Made by a program: the position numbers and the translations under genes. The notes beneath the pieces are model-generated. The model was not told the DNA's origin. It did no database searches and saw only the letters and a list, made by a program, of their open reading frames with translations. A stretch of 64,000 nucleotides of DNA from Pseudoalteromonas sp. (GTDB taxonomy: Bacteria; Pseudomonadota; Gammaproteobacteria; Enterobacterales; Alteromonadaceae): positions 26,984 to 90,983 of the forward strand of contig NZ_JAGYIU010000002.1 in the NCBI RefSeq assembly GCF_018402495.1, read 5' to 3'. Shown here piece by piece: positions 27,638 through 37,712 of this stretch. The first letter of the stretch is position 1. Each line of letters starts with the position of its first letter.

Positions 27638-30013
27638 TTGCTTATGTCGAACAGTATCGATACTTCCAAAGCGCTCGAAACTAAAACGGATCAATTGAGC
27701 ATTATTAATCAGTTTTCCTCAAGTTTACTTCAGCTCAATACACTAGAAGCGCTTTTTAGTTACGTCACTACACACGTTGTTAACCGGCTTGGGTTTGTTG
27801 ACTGTGTTATTTATTTAGCAGATGACAGCCAGTCTACGCTAAATCAAGTGGCCTCTATGGGGGTTGAAAGTGAACACACCCGTTATCAGTCCCAGCGAAA
27901 GGTAATCCGCTTTAATGAGGGAATAACGGGCTATGCAGCATCAACAGGGCAGGCTTTAATAATAGGCGATGTAACTAAAGACAGCCGTTATATTGCTGAT
28001 GAACGCCCTGCACAGTCAGAGCTATGTGTGCCTTTAATATATAAAGATAAAGTACTCGGTGTTATTGACTGCGAACATCCAATAAAAAATTACTTTACCA
28101 GTTCTCATTTAGAAATTTTAACCACCGTAGCTCACTTATTAAGCGCAAAAATAAACCAAGTTAACACCGTCAATAGCTTACAAGATACCGTTCGACAGCT
28201 TAATAATGCGCAAAAACTAGAAAGCAGCCTATTACAAATAGCCAACTTAACTTATAAAGCACAGAATTTAGATACCTTTTTTAAATCGCTGCATGTAATT
28301 ATCGATAGCCTTCTTAATGCGAGTAACTTTTTTATTGCTTTGTATGATAAAAAAGGCGATATCCTGGATTTTGTTTATACCGTTGAAGGCGGTGTACAAA
28401 CAAATACACATAAAATCATCTCAAAAGCTCAATTAAAAGAAACAGCCTCTTATTACTTATTGCTTAACGAGCGGCCACTACTTCTCAACAAAGCGCAATA
28501 TTCGCAGCACATAGCTCAAGGCCACTTTAAATTAGTCGGCGAGCAGGCAGAATCGTGGCTTGGTGTGCCCTATAAAGTCAATGAGCACATCAGTGGCGTT
28601 ATTGTTGTACAAAGTTATAACAAACAACACTACTACAATGAACATGATAGCTCATTATTAACGTATGTGAGCCGACAAATAAGTATGGTAATAGACAGGC
28701 ATCTAGCTCGCCAAGCGCTCGAACATAAAGCACTACATGATGAATTAACGGGTCTTGCTAATCGCTCGCTACTAATAGAGAGAATGAAGCATGCGATATT
28801 ACGCTTAAACCGCGCTAAAAAAGGTACTTTTCATGCCCTGCTCTACCTCGATTTTGATCGTTTCAAAAGTATTAATGATTCTTTAGGCCACGAAGTAGGC
28901 GATCACTTTTTAATTGCTATATGTAAACTAATAACCCAAACAGTTCGCAATACCGATACTTTTTCTCGTTTAGGCGGCGATGAGTTTGCTATTTTTATGG
29001 AAAATCTTAGCCATAAAGAGCAAGTAAATGATGCCTTAGCACGGATTAAAGCCACCCTTTCTAAACCTGTTAATATTGATGGTCATCTACTGCAACCCTC
29101 TACCAGCATTGGTGTTGCATTTAGTGATAACGCAAATGACGAAGCATTTGTTTTATTACAACAATCGGATGCAGCTATGTATGAAGCAAAGTCATCAGGG
29201 CGCGGTCAGGTTAAATTTTTTAATAATGTCATGCGTAATAAATTAAAAACACATGCCGAATTTGAAAACGATTTACAACACGGTATTGAGCACAATGAAT
29301 TTGAACTTTATTTCCAGCCTATTTTTAGCATTAACAGCGCAGAAATAATGGGGTTTGAAGCATTAGTGCGCTGGCATCACCCACGAAAAGGGTTCGTATC
29401 GCCAGGTGACTTTATCCCTATTGCAGAAAAAACGGGGCAAATTATCAACTTAGACTTGCATTTGCTAGACCTTGCAGCTGGCCATATTGCTTTATGGCAA
29501 CAACAAGGGCATCGTTTTTTACGTGTTACAGTTAACGTTTCATCTCGCCACTTTGCAAGTTTAGAATTTGTTAATCAGCTTCATGCAATCTATAAAAAGC
29601 ACCAACTGCCCTTGGGCTCATTGTGCTTAGAAATAACCGAGTCGGGATTAATTGAAAATTTAGAATTGGCCACACAAATTATCCAAGGACTATCACCTTT
29701 AAAAGTATTGCTCTGTTTAGATGACTTTGGTACCGGTTACTCTGCCCTAGGTTACTTACATCAACTACCCATTCATGTCCTTAAAATTGATAAAAGCTTT
29801 ATCGATAACATAAAAACCACAGCCAACCCAGTGATTGATGCCATCTTAACGTTAGCTATTTCATTGGATCTTATTGTTATCGCAGAAGGCATAGAAAGTC
29901 CTGAGCAACTCGCTATTTTGCAAAAAACGCAATGCAATTATGGCCAAGGTTTTTTAAAGTCTAAGCCAGTGAGAGCAAAAGACGCTATTTTATTAATAAA
30001 TAGCCCTCTTTAA
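27638..30013 (+). CDS. GAF-GGDEF-EAL c-di-GMP signalling protein
   Basis: 791 aa. GAF-like N-terminal region, an intact GGDEF (RLGGDEFAIF) and EAL (FEALVRWHHP...DDFGTGYS). The ORF-track start is TTG; an ATG at 27644 is an alternative. Confidence 0.9.
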   Translation: MLMSNSIDTSKALETKTDQLSIINQFSSSLLQLNTLEALFSYVTTHVVNRLGFVDCVIYLADDSQSTLNQVASMGVESEHTRYQSQRKVIRFNEGITGYAASTGQALIIGDVTKDSRYIADERPAQSELCVPLIYKDKVLGVIDCEHPIKNYFTSSHLEILTTVAHLLSAKINQVNTVNSLQDTVRQLNNAQKLESSLLQIANLTYKAQNLDTFFKSLHVIIDSLLNASNFFIALYDKKGDILDFVYTVEGGVQTNTHKIISKAQLKETASYYLLLNERPLLLNKAQYSQHIAQGHFKLVGEQAESWLGVPYKVNEHISGVIVVQSYNKQHYYNEHDSSLLTYVSRQISMVIDRHLARQALEHKALHDELTGLANRSLLIERMKHAILRLNRAKKGTFHALLYLDFDRFKSINDSLGHEVGDHFLIAICKLITQTVRNTDTFSRLGGDEFAIFMENLSHKEQVNDALARIKATLSKPVNIDGHLLQPSTSIGVAFSDNANDEAFVLLQQSDAAMYEAKSSGRGQVKFFNNVMRNKLKTHAEFENDLQHGIEHNEFELYFQPIFSINSAEIMGFEALVRWHHPRKGFVSPGDFIPIAEKTGQIINLDLHLLDLAAGHIALWQQQGHRFLRVTVNVSSRHFASLEFVNQLHAIYKKHQLPLGSLCLEITESGLIENLELATQIIQGLSPLKVLLCLDDFGTGYSALGYLHQLPIHVLKIDKSFIDNIKTTANPVIDAILTLAISLDLIVIAEGIESPEQLAILQKTQCNYGQGFLKSKPVRAKDAILLINSPL

Positions 30014-30256
30014 TTACTTTCCAAGAGAACGGCCAATAAAATTGTTATAAGATTATAAACAACATGAGTTAAATTCAACAACAAACAAGCAACCAGTTGT
30101 AATTTGACCATACAAAGTTAAAAAACTTAATGTTTATAGTAAAAAATAGATTAAATTGTATTTTCATAGCCATCCAGACGTTGAAACGGTTTTTGTATAA
30201 GCGTAGTATGTAATGAGTCTAAGCAATACTCACCATACTCATGAGATTTATTAAAG

Positions 30257-31144
30257 ATGATTGACATTAAACACCTCAAAACTATAGCCACCCTTAAAGA
30301 GACGGGTTCTTTAGTTAATACAGCTCGCGAGCTATTTTTAACTCAGTCAGCTTTATCACATCAGATCAAGGATTTAGAAAACAAATTAGACTGCCAATTA
30401 TTTGAGCGTAAAACTCAACCAGTGCGATTTACCCCCCAAGGAATGTTATTACTTGAATTAGCACACGAAATATTACCTAAATTAGAAGCCACCAAGTGTC
30501 GACTCAAAGAAAGTTTAAACCAGCCAATCTCACAGCTGCGTTTAAGCGTTGAATGCCATGCTTGTTTTCATTGGTTATTACCAACCATAAAAGAATTTAA
30601 TAACTTTTGGCCTGATATAAAAATTGATTACGAACGTGGCTTTAGTTATGACGCCATTCCAGACTTATTAAATGATGAATTAGATCTCGTGCTTACATCG
30701 GATGTACGTGACCCTGACAAACTAGAATACGCCCATTTATTTGACTTCAAACTTAAGCTTATTGTGGCACCGGATCACGATTTAGCAAAAAAAGCCTATG
30801 TCACCGCACTTGATTTAAAAAGCGAAACAATTATTTCTTACCCGATCCCACGTGAGCGCCAAGATATATTCAAGTACTTTATTCAAAATGCACGCTTTGA
30901 CGGCACGCTTAAAACGGTTGACCAAGGTTTACTTATATTTCAATTAGTCAGTGCAGGCATGGGTGTGGCGGCTTTACCCGATTGGCTGGTTACCCCGTAC
31001 GAAAGCCAAGGATTAATTAAGTCAATTCCACTTGGCGCGCTTGGTTTAACTCGTCCAATGTACTTAGCGATGAAAAAAGATATGAAAGACAACCCGGTTT
31101 ATCGCCACTTTTTAAATACTTGTAAATTAAATAACGGTCGATAA
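30257..31144 (+). CDS. metR: LysR-family transcriptional regulator, MetR-like
   Basis: 295 aa. The N-terminus MIDIKHLKTIATLKETGSL...TQSALSHQIKDLE...QPVRFTPQG closely parallels E. coli MetR. Confidence 0.8.
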   Translation: MIDIKHLKTIATLKETGSLVNTARELFLTQSALSHQIKDLENKLDCQLFERKTQPVRFTPQGMLLLELAHEILPKLEATKCRLKESLNQPISQLRLSVECHACFHWLLPTIKEFNNFWPDIKIDYERGFSYDAIPDLLNDELDLVLTSDVRDPDKLEYAHLFDFKLKLIVAPDHDLAKKAYVTALDLKSETIISYPIPRERQDIFKYFIQNARFDGTLKTVDQGLLIFQLVSAGMGVAALPDWLVTPYESQGLIKSIPLGALGLTRPMYLAMKKDMKDNPVYRHFLNTCKLNNGR

Positions 31145-31198
31145 ACCTTAAACTTATGAGTAACATGCTAATAAATATACTTAACCATGTTGCTCATT

Positions 31199-31963
31199 AT
31201 GTTTGAACTAAAAAAAATACTGGGCGGCTTGCTCATGCCGTTACCTTTGTTGGGTTTAGTAAGCCTAATATTACTTATTTTTGCGCTCAAACAACGAAAG
31301 GTCACAATCGCTTTATCTTTAATGAGCCTTGTAACCTTGCTACTTGCCAGCACCCCTTTGGTGGCCAACTTACTGATTAAAAATAGCCAACCAACCTCAT
31401 TGGCATTTAATTATCTTAAACACCCCAATATAGATAAAATTGTGGTGCTTGGCTGTGACATAAACCCCAACCCTGCTTTAAGTGCTAACAGCCAGTTAGG
31501 TAGTTGTGCGTTAACCCGTTTGGTGGAAGGAATGAGACTTGCTAACATTTATCCCCATGCGCAACTGATTGTTTCAGGTGGGGGGTATGAAAAAGTCATC
31601 AACAGTGCGTTAATGTATAAAACCGCGATTAGCTTAGGTATTAATAAAAATCGTATTGTGCAAAATCCAAACGCAATGGATACCGCCCAAGAGGCAAAAC
31701 TTTTAGCCTCAAAACTCGTTGATTACAAGGTCGCTTTAGTCACCTCAGTAAGCCATATGCCCAGAGCAAAAAATTTATTTAATGCGCAAGGCATTAACGT
31801 TATCCCTGCCGCAACCGACTACCACAACTTTGCCGCTTTCCCTTGGTATAAACAACTCATACCCAATGCAAAAGCATTACTAGTAGTCACCCAGTATGCT
31901 CATGAAGTTATTGGCAATGCGTGGATAAATGTACGCCGTACAATTAACCCTGAAGCACTCTAA
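31199..31963 (+). CDS. ElyC/YdcF (DUF218) family protein
   Basis: MFELKKILGGLLMPLPLLGL resembles the ElyC N-terminus, followed by a DUF218-type body. An upstream ATG at 31187 is also possible. Confidence 0.7.
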   Translation: MFELKKILGGLLMPLPLLGLVSLILLIFALKQRKVTIALSLMSLVTLLLASTPLVANLLIKNSQPTSLAFNYLKHPNIDKIVVLGCDINPNPALSANSQLGSCALTRLVEGMRLANIYPHAQLIVSGGGYEKVINSALMYKTAISLGINKNRIVQNPNAMDTAQEAKLLASKLVDYKVALVTSVSHMPRAKNLFNAQGINVIPAATDYHNFAAFPWYKQLIPNAKALLVVTQYAHEVIGNAWINVRRTINPEAL

Positions 31964-32117
31964 TTAAGTTAACGCTTATTACGCTGCGTAAATTCCCCCT
32001 AAAAAACCGCAATTATTTGCGTTTTACACAGGGGGTTGTTATGAAAAAATCAAACTGAATATTCGTTTATTTGGCTAATATGACATCTTTAACTAAAAAA
32101 TAGCGTTGGTTGTTTTG

Positions 32118-32693
32118 TTATTCTTGGTGGGTTTTTGCCTCAGCTGTTTTATTCCAAAGCCGATACAGTGTTACTAAAAATATGCACAGAAATAATAGAC
32201 TCAGTGCTGTTAAATTCTCAATACCCAAAGCATCAAAAGTAGCACCGAAAGTGTAGCCTCCACCGACTAAAACAATAACCCATAACAATGCAGAGCATCC
32301 ATTTAACAAACTAAAAAAACGCCAACTAATTGTTGTAAGCCCTACGGGAAGAGCGCCAATAGTGCGTAATCCTTTGGGATAACGATATAAAAAAATGTAG
32401 GCTATGCCGTAACGATCAGCAAGCTCACTGGCTGTTTTAAATAATCGACCAAGGCGGCCTGGTTTTTCAAGCCATGAAACCCCATATGTTCTTGCTAAGG
32501 CAAAACGTAATTCATCGCCTAAATATCCCCCCATAAAAGCAACCAAAGCAACAAAACCAACATCAAGTGCGCCAGTATGTGCAGCATAGCCTGCGAACAA
32601 GGGGAGCCAACCACTTTTTAAGGCACAATAACCAAAAAGTAACAGATAAACCAACAACCCGTACTGCTGAATTAAAGCTAATACCCCTTCCAT
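32118..32693 (-). CDS. DedA-family (VTT domain) membrane protein
   Basis: 191-aa polytopic membrane protein with DedA-like GYLGDELRF and RYPKGLRT motifs. Confidence 0.7.
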   Translation of the reverse strand: MEGVLALIQQYGLLVYLLLFGYCALKSGWLPLFAGYAAHTGALDVGFVALVAFMGGYLGDELRFALARTYGVSWLEKPGRLGRLFKTASELADRYGIAYIFLYRYPKGLRTIGALPVGLTTISWRFFSLLNGCSALLWVIVLVGGGYTFGATFDALGIENLTALSLLFLCIFLVTLYRLWNKTAEAKTHQE

Positions 32694-33037
32694 TTTATTC
32701 CTTTAAAGTAACTACCTTGGTAGCGAACAAACTAACATTGTAATTTAAACGAGATAAGTACAGTGAAGGATCTGTGTTTTTTGCAATATAAGAATGGATG
32801 TAATCGTGGCTTTAAGCGTAAATTGACACCTATTATGCTTACTCAATTTTTTGAATGTATAAAGCCAAAAAATAATTAATTCACAAAATGAATAAAAGTG
32901 TATGCGGATATATAGAAAATCAACATACTGGCTTACCATAGTTTGCTAAATTAGCTATTTAGAACCCTAGATTAAAATAACCTACCCGAAATAAGTTACA
33001 AATAGGTTATTTATAATATTATTTTTAAGTTAGGTGG

Positions 33038-33790
33038 TTACACTGGATTGTCTATGTCTATAAATGTCACATCAAAGCTATGTTTATCGGCTAGGTATTC
33101 ACCCAACGCTTTGATACCGTAGCGCTCGGTGGCGTGATGACCTGCGGCAAAAAAGTCGATATTTTGCTCACGTGAACTATGAATGGTTTGCTCTGATGCT
33201 TCACCGGTTAAGTAAGCATCAATACCTTGCTCGGCAGCTAAATCAATATACCCTTGCCCGCCTCCGGTACATAAGGCAATGGTTTCTATTTTATCTTTGC
33301 GTACTAAACTCGTTAGCGGCTTGCGATTAAGCACTTGGTGGATTTTATCTGCAAATTCCTGCCCTGATAGTGGCACTTTTAATCGCCCTTTCATCGCTAC
33401 ACTATTATTAACAGGCTCTAAACCCGCTTCAATTTGAATATCGAGTAATTTTGCAAGCTGCGCATTATTACCCATTTCAGGATGAATATCTAAAGGTAAA
33501 TGGTATGCAAATAAGTTAATATTATTAGCAAGGAGTGCCGCCACACGGCGTTTTTTCATGCCAGTGATAGGCTGTGATTCGCCTTTCCAAAAATAACCAT
33601 GGTGTACTAGAATTGCATCGGCATTTTTTTCAATTGCAGCATCAATAAGTGCTTGGCTTGCCGTTACACCGGTTACGATAGTGTGTATCTTATTTTTGCC
33701 TTCCACCTGAAGTCCATTTGGACAAAAATCGTTAATCGTCTCTGGTTTTAGCAGAGTGTTCAATAGTTGGCTAAATTCTCTACGTTGCAT
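33038..33790 (-). CDS. ybgI: Nif3-like dinuclear metal centre protein YbgI
   Basis: Contains PNGLQVEG, ILVHHGYFW and AGHHATERYG motifs. I place the start at MQRREFSQLL (33790); the ORF track extends to 33811. Confidence 0.85.
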   Translation of the reverse strand: MQRREFSQLLNTLLKPETINDFCPNGLQVEGKNKIHTIVTGVTASQALIDAAIEKNADAILVHHGYFWKGESQPITGMKKRRVAALLANNINLFAYHLPLDIHPEMGNNAQLAKLLDIQIEAGLEPVNNSVAMKGRLKVPLSGQEFADKIHQVLNRKPLTSLVRKDKIETIALCTGGGQGYIDLAAEQGIDAYLTGEASEQTIHSSREQNIDFFAAGHHATERYGIKALGEYLADKHSFDVTFIDIDNPV

Positions 33791-33940
33791 AACACTTACC
33801 TTACTTTGCACTGAATTTTGTGCAAATTTTGGCGGTTATAAGCTAAAAATGAAAGGAAAATCGCAAAAAATTGAAAAAACATTCTAAAATAGGTATAAAT
33901 ACCTCTTCTTTATCTGTGAAAACAACGTATAGGGTCTCTG

Positions 33941-34294
33941 ATGAGCAAACTAGACAAAACAGAAGTGTTATCTGCCTTTGAAGCTGCATATGAAGCTGCC
34001 AACGGTAAAAAACCTGAAATAACGACTAAACCTGGCTGGTACAGCATTGATGGCGGCAAGAATATACGCCTAGCTGATGTAGCAGAGCTGACTAAAGAAT
34101 TAAGCTCTGGCAAGTCTACAAAAAAAGCGGCAATAAAAGCGCCTGCTAAAAAAGCAGCTCCTGTAAAAGCACAGAAAAAAGCGCCTTTCACCGTGATCAC
34201 ACAAAACGAAGAAGGCTATACAGCAGAAGAGCTTTGGATTGTTGAGCTTGCTCGTAAAGATCACGATTGTCGCCTACCGCGCGGTGTTGTGTAA
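33941..34294 (+). CDS. hypothetical protein with Lys/Ala-rich (histone H1-like) central linker
   Basis: 117-aa ORF followed by a clean terminator. Central KKAAIKAPAKKAAPVKAQKKAP. I do not recognise a family. Confidence 0.5.
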   Translation: MSKLDKTEVLSAFEAAYEAANGKKPEITTKPGWYSIDGGKNIRLADVAELTKELSSGKSTKKAAIKAPAKKAAPVKAQKKAPFTVITQNEEGYTAEELWIVELARKDHDCRLPRGVV

Positions 34295-34318
34295 CTTGCC
34301 CAGTGCTTTGCATAAAAG

Positions 34319-34342
34319 AAACCGCGTTAAGCGGTTTTTTTT
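34319..34342 (+). terminator. rho-independent terminator
   Basis: Hairpin accgc-gttaa-gcggt followed by T8. Confidence 0.75.
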
Positions 34343-34395
34343 ATGTCTTATAACTTAACTTAGTTAACCACAAAATAATAAGGCAAATACAGTAT

Positions 34396-34419
34396 AAAAA
34401 AGCGGCTAAATAGCCGCTT
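34396..34419 (-). terminator. rho-independent terminator downstream of the amidohydrolase gene
   Basis: The minus strand reads aagcggcta-tt-tagccgctt followed by TTTTTAT. Confidence 0.7.
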
Positions 34420-34438
34420 GTTACTAAAAACAAACACA

Positions 34439-37400
34439 TTATTCAAAAAATAATGTTTCACGTTGCTTTTTGCCCACTTCGTTCATGGTTGCTGCGTCGA
34501 ACAAACGGCCGTTGATCATGGTGTAATCAATTTTGTCGGAGTCGCGAATGTTTTTCAGTGGGTCGCCATCAATTACAATTAAATCGGCCAGCTTACCGAC
34601 TTCTAATGAACCCACATTTTTATCTAGGCCTAAATATTTAGCTGGATCGAGCGTCGACGCTCTAATTGCTTCCAATGAGGTCATACCACCTTGGGCAAAC
34701 ATCCACATTTCCCAATGCGCAGCTAATCCCTCACGCTGACCATGCGCCCCTAGATTAACTAATACACCTAAATCTTGGAGCTCTGCAGCAACACGAGCAT
34801 TATTAAAATGATTATAATGATGATCGGGCGCTTTAACACGACGCATTGAGCGTGGCAGTAATTGGTTTTTAGGTACAAACTTACTTAAGCGCGGATGATT
34901 CCATACATCCGTTTTATCATACCAGTAGTTTTCACCCCAAATACCGCCATAAGCAACGCCTAATGTCGGTGTATAACCCACATCACTTTGTGACCATAAT
35001 TGTTTAATATCGTCATAAATATTTGCCACAGGAAGCGAGTGTTCAATGCCCGTGTGCCCATCCACCAACATAGTTAAGTTATGCTGTAATAATGAGCCCC
35101 CTTCAGGGACTACCATCATTTCAAGCATTCGCCCTGCTTCTATAACTTGCTGACGCTGCTCTCTGCGCGGTTGGTTATAAGATTTAACACTAAACGCACC
35201 CACTTTTTTAAGACGCTCTAAATGAAATTTAGCATCATCTAATGAGTCAATATGCGAGGTATACCCAGGCATATTCGCGCCGTATAAAATAGTACCGGTA
35301 GAGAAAATACGCGGACCAACGATCATCCCTGCTTTTTGCATTTCACTCGCGGTAAATATTTCAGTGGTATCGTTTGATGGGTCGTGAATAGTAGTAACAC
35401 CCAGCGCAAGACCTGCTAAGTTTTTCCAGTTTTGCTGCGGGATAATTTCATCACTGGCTTGTGAGCCATGAGCATGGGCATCTACAATGCCAGGCATAAT
35501 TGTTTTACCTGTTACATCAATGACCTTAGCATTTTTTGGAATACTAATATCTGCAACAGAGCCAATGGCTTTGATATGTTTACCATCGGTAATGATCACG
35601 CCATTTTCAATAACCTTTTCACCCTCCATAGTAATAATTTTAGCACCAGTTAATGCAATCATGCCCTCTGGTTCAGCCATTTTCTTACTAAAGCCAATGT
35701 TAGTACCACTTTTTACTTTAACGTCTTTATCATCGGCTTTATTAATCGCAAACATACCCTCTAAACTGGCATGGTAAAGCTCAGGCCCCAGTGTCCAATA
35801 CAGTTTATTGCTGTTGGCACTCCAGCTAATGTTTTCACCGGCGCGTACAGATAGCTGCTCAATTGGAAATTGGCTATCTTTAGGCCCAATACTTATCGTT
35901 TTGCCGCGCTCTACAAACGGCGTAACAAATACTTTAAAACGCTCGGCGAAAGCTAAATACTTACCATCAGGAGAGACTCTAAATTCAGTGGCGTGCTCAG
36001 ACTCATACAGTTTACGTACTTTTTTACTTTCAAGTTCTACCACACTCAATGTCGGCTTAGGCCAAGGGCTCATAATATAAACACGATCGTTGGCACTGCC
36101 AAACTGAGGCTGATAGCCACTTTTAGAAATAAGCTCACTTTTTCCGCCTTTAGCACTAACACTGTATACCCCAGGATGCAGTGACCACTTAGGGTTTAAA
36201 ATACTGCCACCACTGGCCTTGCGATACACCACAGTTTTACCATCTGGGCTAAAAGTAGGTTCTACGTATTTGCCCGGCTCTTGTGTAATAGTGTCGCCAC
36301 GACCACTGCGTGCAGAGACGACACGCACGGTGCCTTGTTCGTTATCATCCCACGTGGTGTAAACAATGCTTTTGCCATCACGAGAATACTGCGGGAATAA
36401 CTCATAATGATCGGTTTGCTTAGTTAAGCGCTTTATTTTTCCTGATTCTAAGTCGCGCTTGTAAATATAGCCTAATGCTTCAAAAAGTGCGGTTTCACCG
36501 TCAGGGCTAATTTGCACATTACGCAGCATTTTTACATCAAACTCATCAGTGTCGATATTTTGAGTAAAACGCACTGCTTTTTGAATTTTTTTCGTGGTGT
36601 CTACTTTAAATGCAATATCGCTGACTGATTTATTATCTACATTAAGTTTATGAAGGGTGCCACCAGCCCAAAATACCAGCTCTTCGTTATCTGGGGTCCA
36701 CGCAATAGTCGGATATACGCCATGAATCGCCCACGTTTCTTGCATATCGCGCTCTAGCTTGTCGTATAGCTTAGTATGCTCACCACTGGTTAAATCATAT
36801 AAGTACAGGCTGGTTTGAAAGTCATCACGCTTTATGTACGCTAGTTTTTTACCATCTGGCGACGGCGTCGGTCTTATTGCCCCGCCCATGCCACTTATAA
36901 TGGTTTCTATGTCGCCTGTTTCACGGTCATAACGCTTAATTTTATAAATACCGGCAACCGAGTCTTTTGAATAGTGAAAGGTTTTACCTGGGGTTGCATC
37001 GTGAGAAAAATAAACATAACGACCATCCGGTGAAAACATGGGTTCACCTAAATCTTTTTGATCGTTTTCACGTTTAGTCAGTTGCACCCCTTTACCGCCG
37101 GCTTTGTGATAAAGCCAAACTTCACCCGCGCCTAGCGAGCGACTGGCGGTAAAATGCTTACGTGCAACTAAATAATCGCCATCAGGGCTCCACGCAGGGC
37201 TATTGAGTAATCTAAATGTTTCGTCAGTGACGGCGGTTTGGTTTTCGCCGTTAACATCCATTATCCAAATATTGTCACCACCGTCTTGATCTGATGTAAA
37301 AGCAATGTGCTTGCCATCTGGGCTAAAGCGCGGCTGCATTTGCCATGCAATGTCGGAGGTTATTTTAGTCGCTTTACCACCACTCATTGGCATGGTGTAA

Positions 37401-37612
37401 ATATCGCCCAGTAAATCAAATACGATACTTTTTCCGTCGGGACTTATATCGACATTCATCCATGTGCCTTGCTCTACATTAATTGATGCGTCTACAAATT
37501 GTCCTTTAGGTGAATCAACCTGCCATTTGTTTTCATCCGTTTTCTCTGCGTGTGCGTAGCCTAATGCCAATGAAACCGATAACGCAAGCGCTGTTTGCAG
37601 CATTTTCTTCAT
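34439..37612 (-). CDS. secreted TolB-like beta-propeller / amidohydrolase fusion protein
   Basis: 1057 aa. Signal peptide, many PD40/WD40-like repeats (SPDGK..., FSPDGR...), and a C-terminal metal-dependent amidohydrolase domain (PGIVDAHAH...). Confidence 0.8.
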   Translation of the reverse strand: MKKMLQTALALSVSLALGYAHAEKTDENKWQVDSPKGQFVDASINVEQGTWMNVDISPDGKSIVFDLLGDIYTMPMSGGKATKITSDIAWQMQPRFSPDGKHIAFTSDQDGGDNIWIMDVNGENQTAVTDETFRLLNSPAWSPDGDYLVARKHFTASRSLGAGEVWLYHKAGGKGVQLTKRENDQKDLGEPMFSPDGRYVYFSHDATPGKTFHYSKDSVAGIYKIKRYDRETGDIETIISGMGGAIRPTPSPDGKKLAYIKRDDFQTSLYLYDLTSGEHTKLYDKLERDMQETWAIHGVYPTIAWTPDNEELVFWAGGTLHKLNVDNKSVSDIAFKVDTTKKIQKAVRFTQNIDTDEFDVKMLRNVQISPDGETALFEALGYIYKRDLESGKIKRLTKQTDHYELFPQYSRDGKSIVYTTWDDNEQGTVRVVSARSGRGDTITQEPGKYVEPTFSPDGKTVVYRKASGGSILNPKWSLHPGVYSVSAKGGKSELISKSGYQPQFGSANDRVYIMSPWPKPTLSVVELESKKVRKLYESEHATEFRVSPDGKYLAFAERFKVFVTPFVERGKTISIGPKDSQFPIEQLSVRAGENISWSANSNKLYWTLGPELYHASLEGMFAINKADDKDVKVKSGTNIGFSKKMAEPEGMIALTGAKIITMEGEKVIENGVIITDGKHIKAIGSVADISIPKNAKVIDVTGKTIMPGIVDAHAHGSQASDEIIPQQNWKNLAGLALGVTTIHDPSNDTTEIFTASEMQKAGMIVGPRIFSTGTILYGANMPGYTSHIDSLDDAKFHLERLKKVGAFSVKSYNQPRREQRQQVIEAGRMLEMMVVPEGGSLLQHNLTMLVDGHTGIEHSLPVANIYDDIKQLWSQSDVGYTPTLGVAYGGIWGENYWYDKTDVWNHPRLSKFVPKNQLLPRSMRRVKAPDHHYNHFNNARVAAELQDLGVLVNLGAHGQREGLAAHWEMWMFAQGGMTSLEAIRASTLDPAKYLGLDKNVGSLEVGKLADLIVIDGDPLKNIRDSDKIDYTMINGRLFDAATMNEVGKKQRETLFFE

Positions 37613-37712
37613 GCTTATCTCACTTATTATTGTTGCTGTGTATTGCTCTTATTTCATGATTGCAACAAAAACGCTGGCAACTTACCAGCGTAATAGGATG
37701 AAGTGCATAAAA

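Noticed and set aside
30170-30195. Possible MetJ box (ccAGACGTtg) upstream of metR
   Set aside because: There is a single partial 8-mer, with no tandem AGACGTCT repeats, which MetJ binding normally requires.
31995-32035. Long imperfect hairpin (ccccct...aaaaccgcaa-ttat-ttgcgtttt...aggggg) plus a 5-codon ORF after the DUF218 gene
   Set aside because: It is most simply the terminator of the upstream gene. The mini-ORF (MKKSN) is too short to support, and I saw no second copy to call it a repeat family.
32745-32939. 64-aa minus-strand ORF between dedA and ybgI
   Set aside because: It lies in an AT-rich intergenic region. The product is hydrophobic and low complexity, with no RBS or recognisable family.
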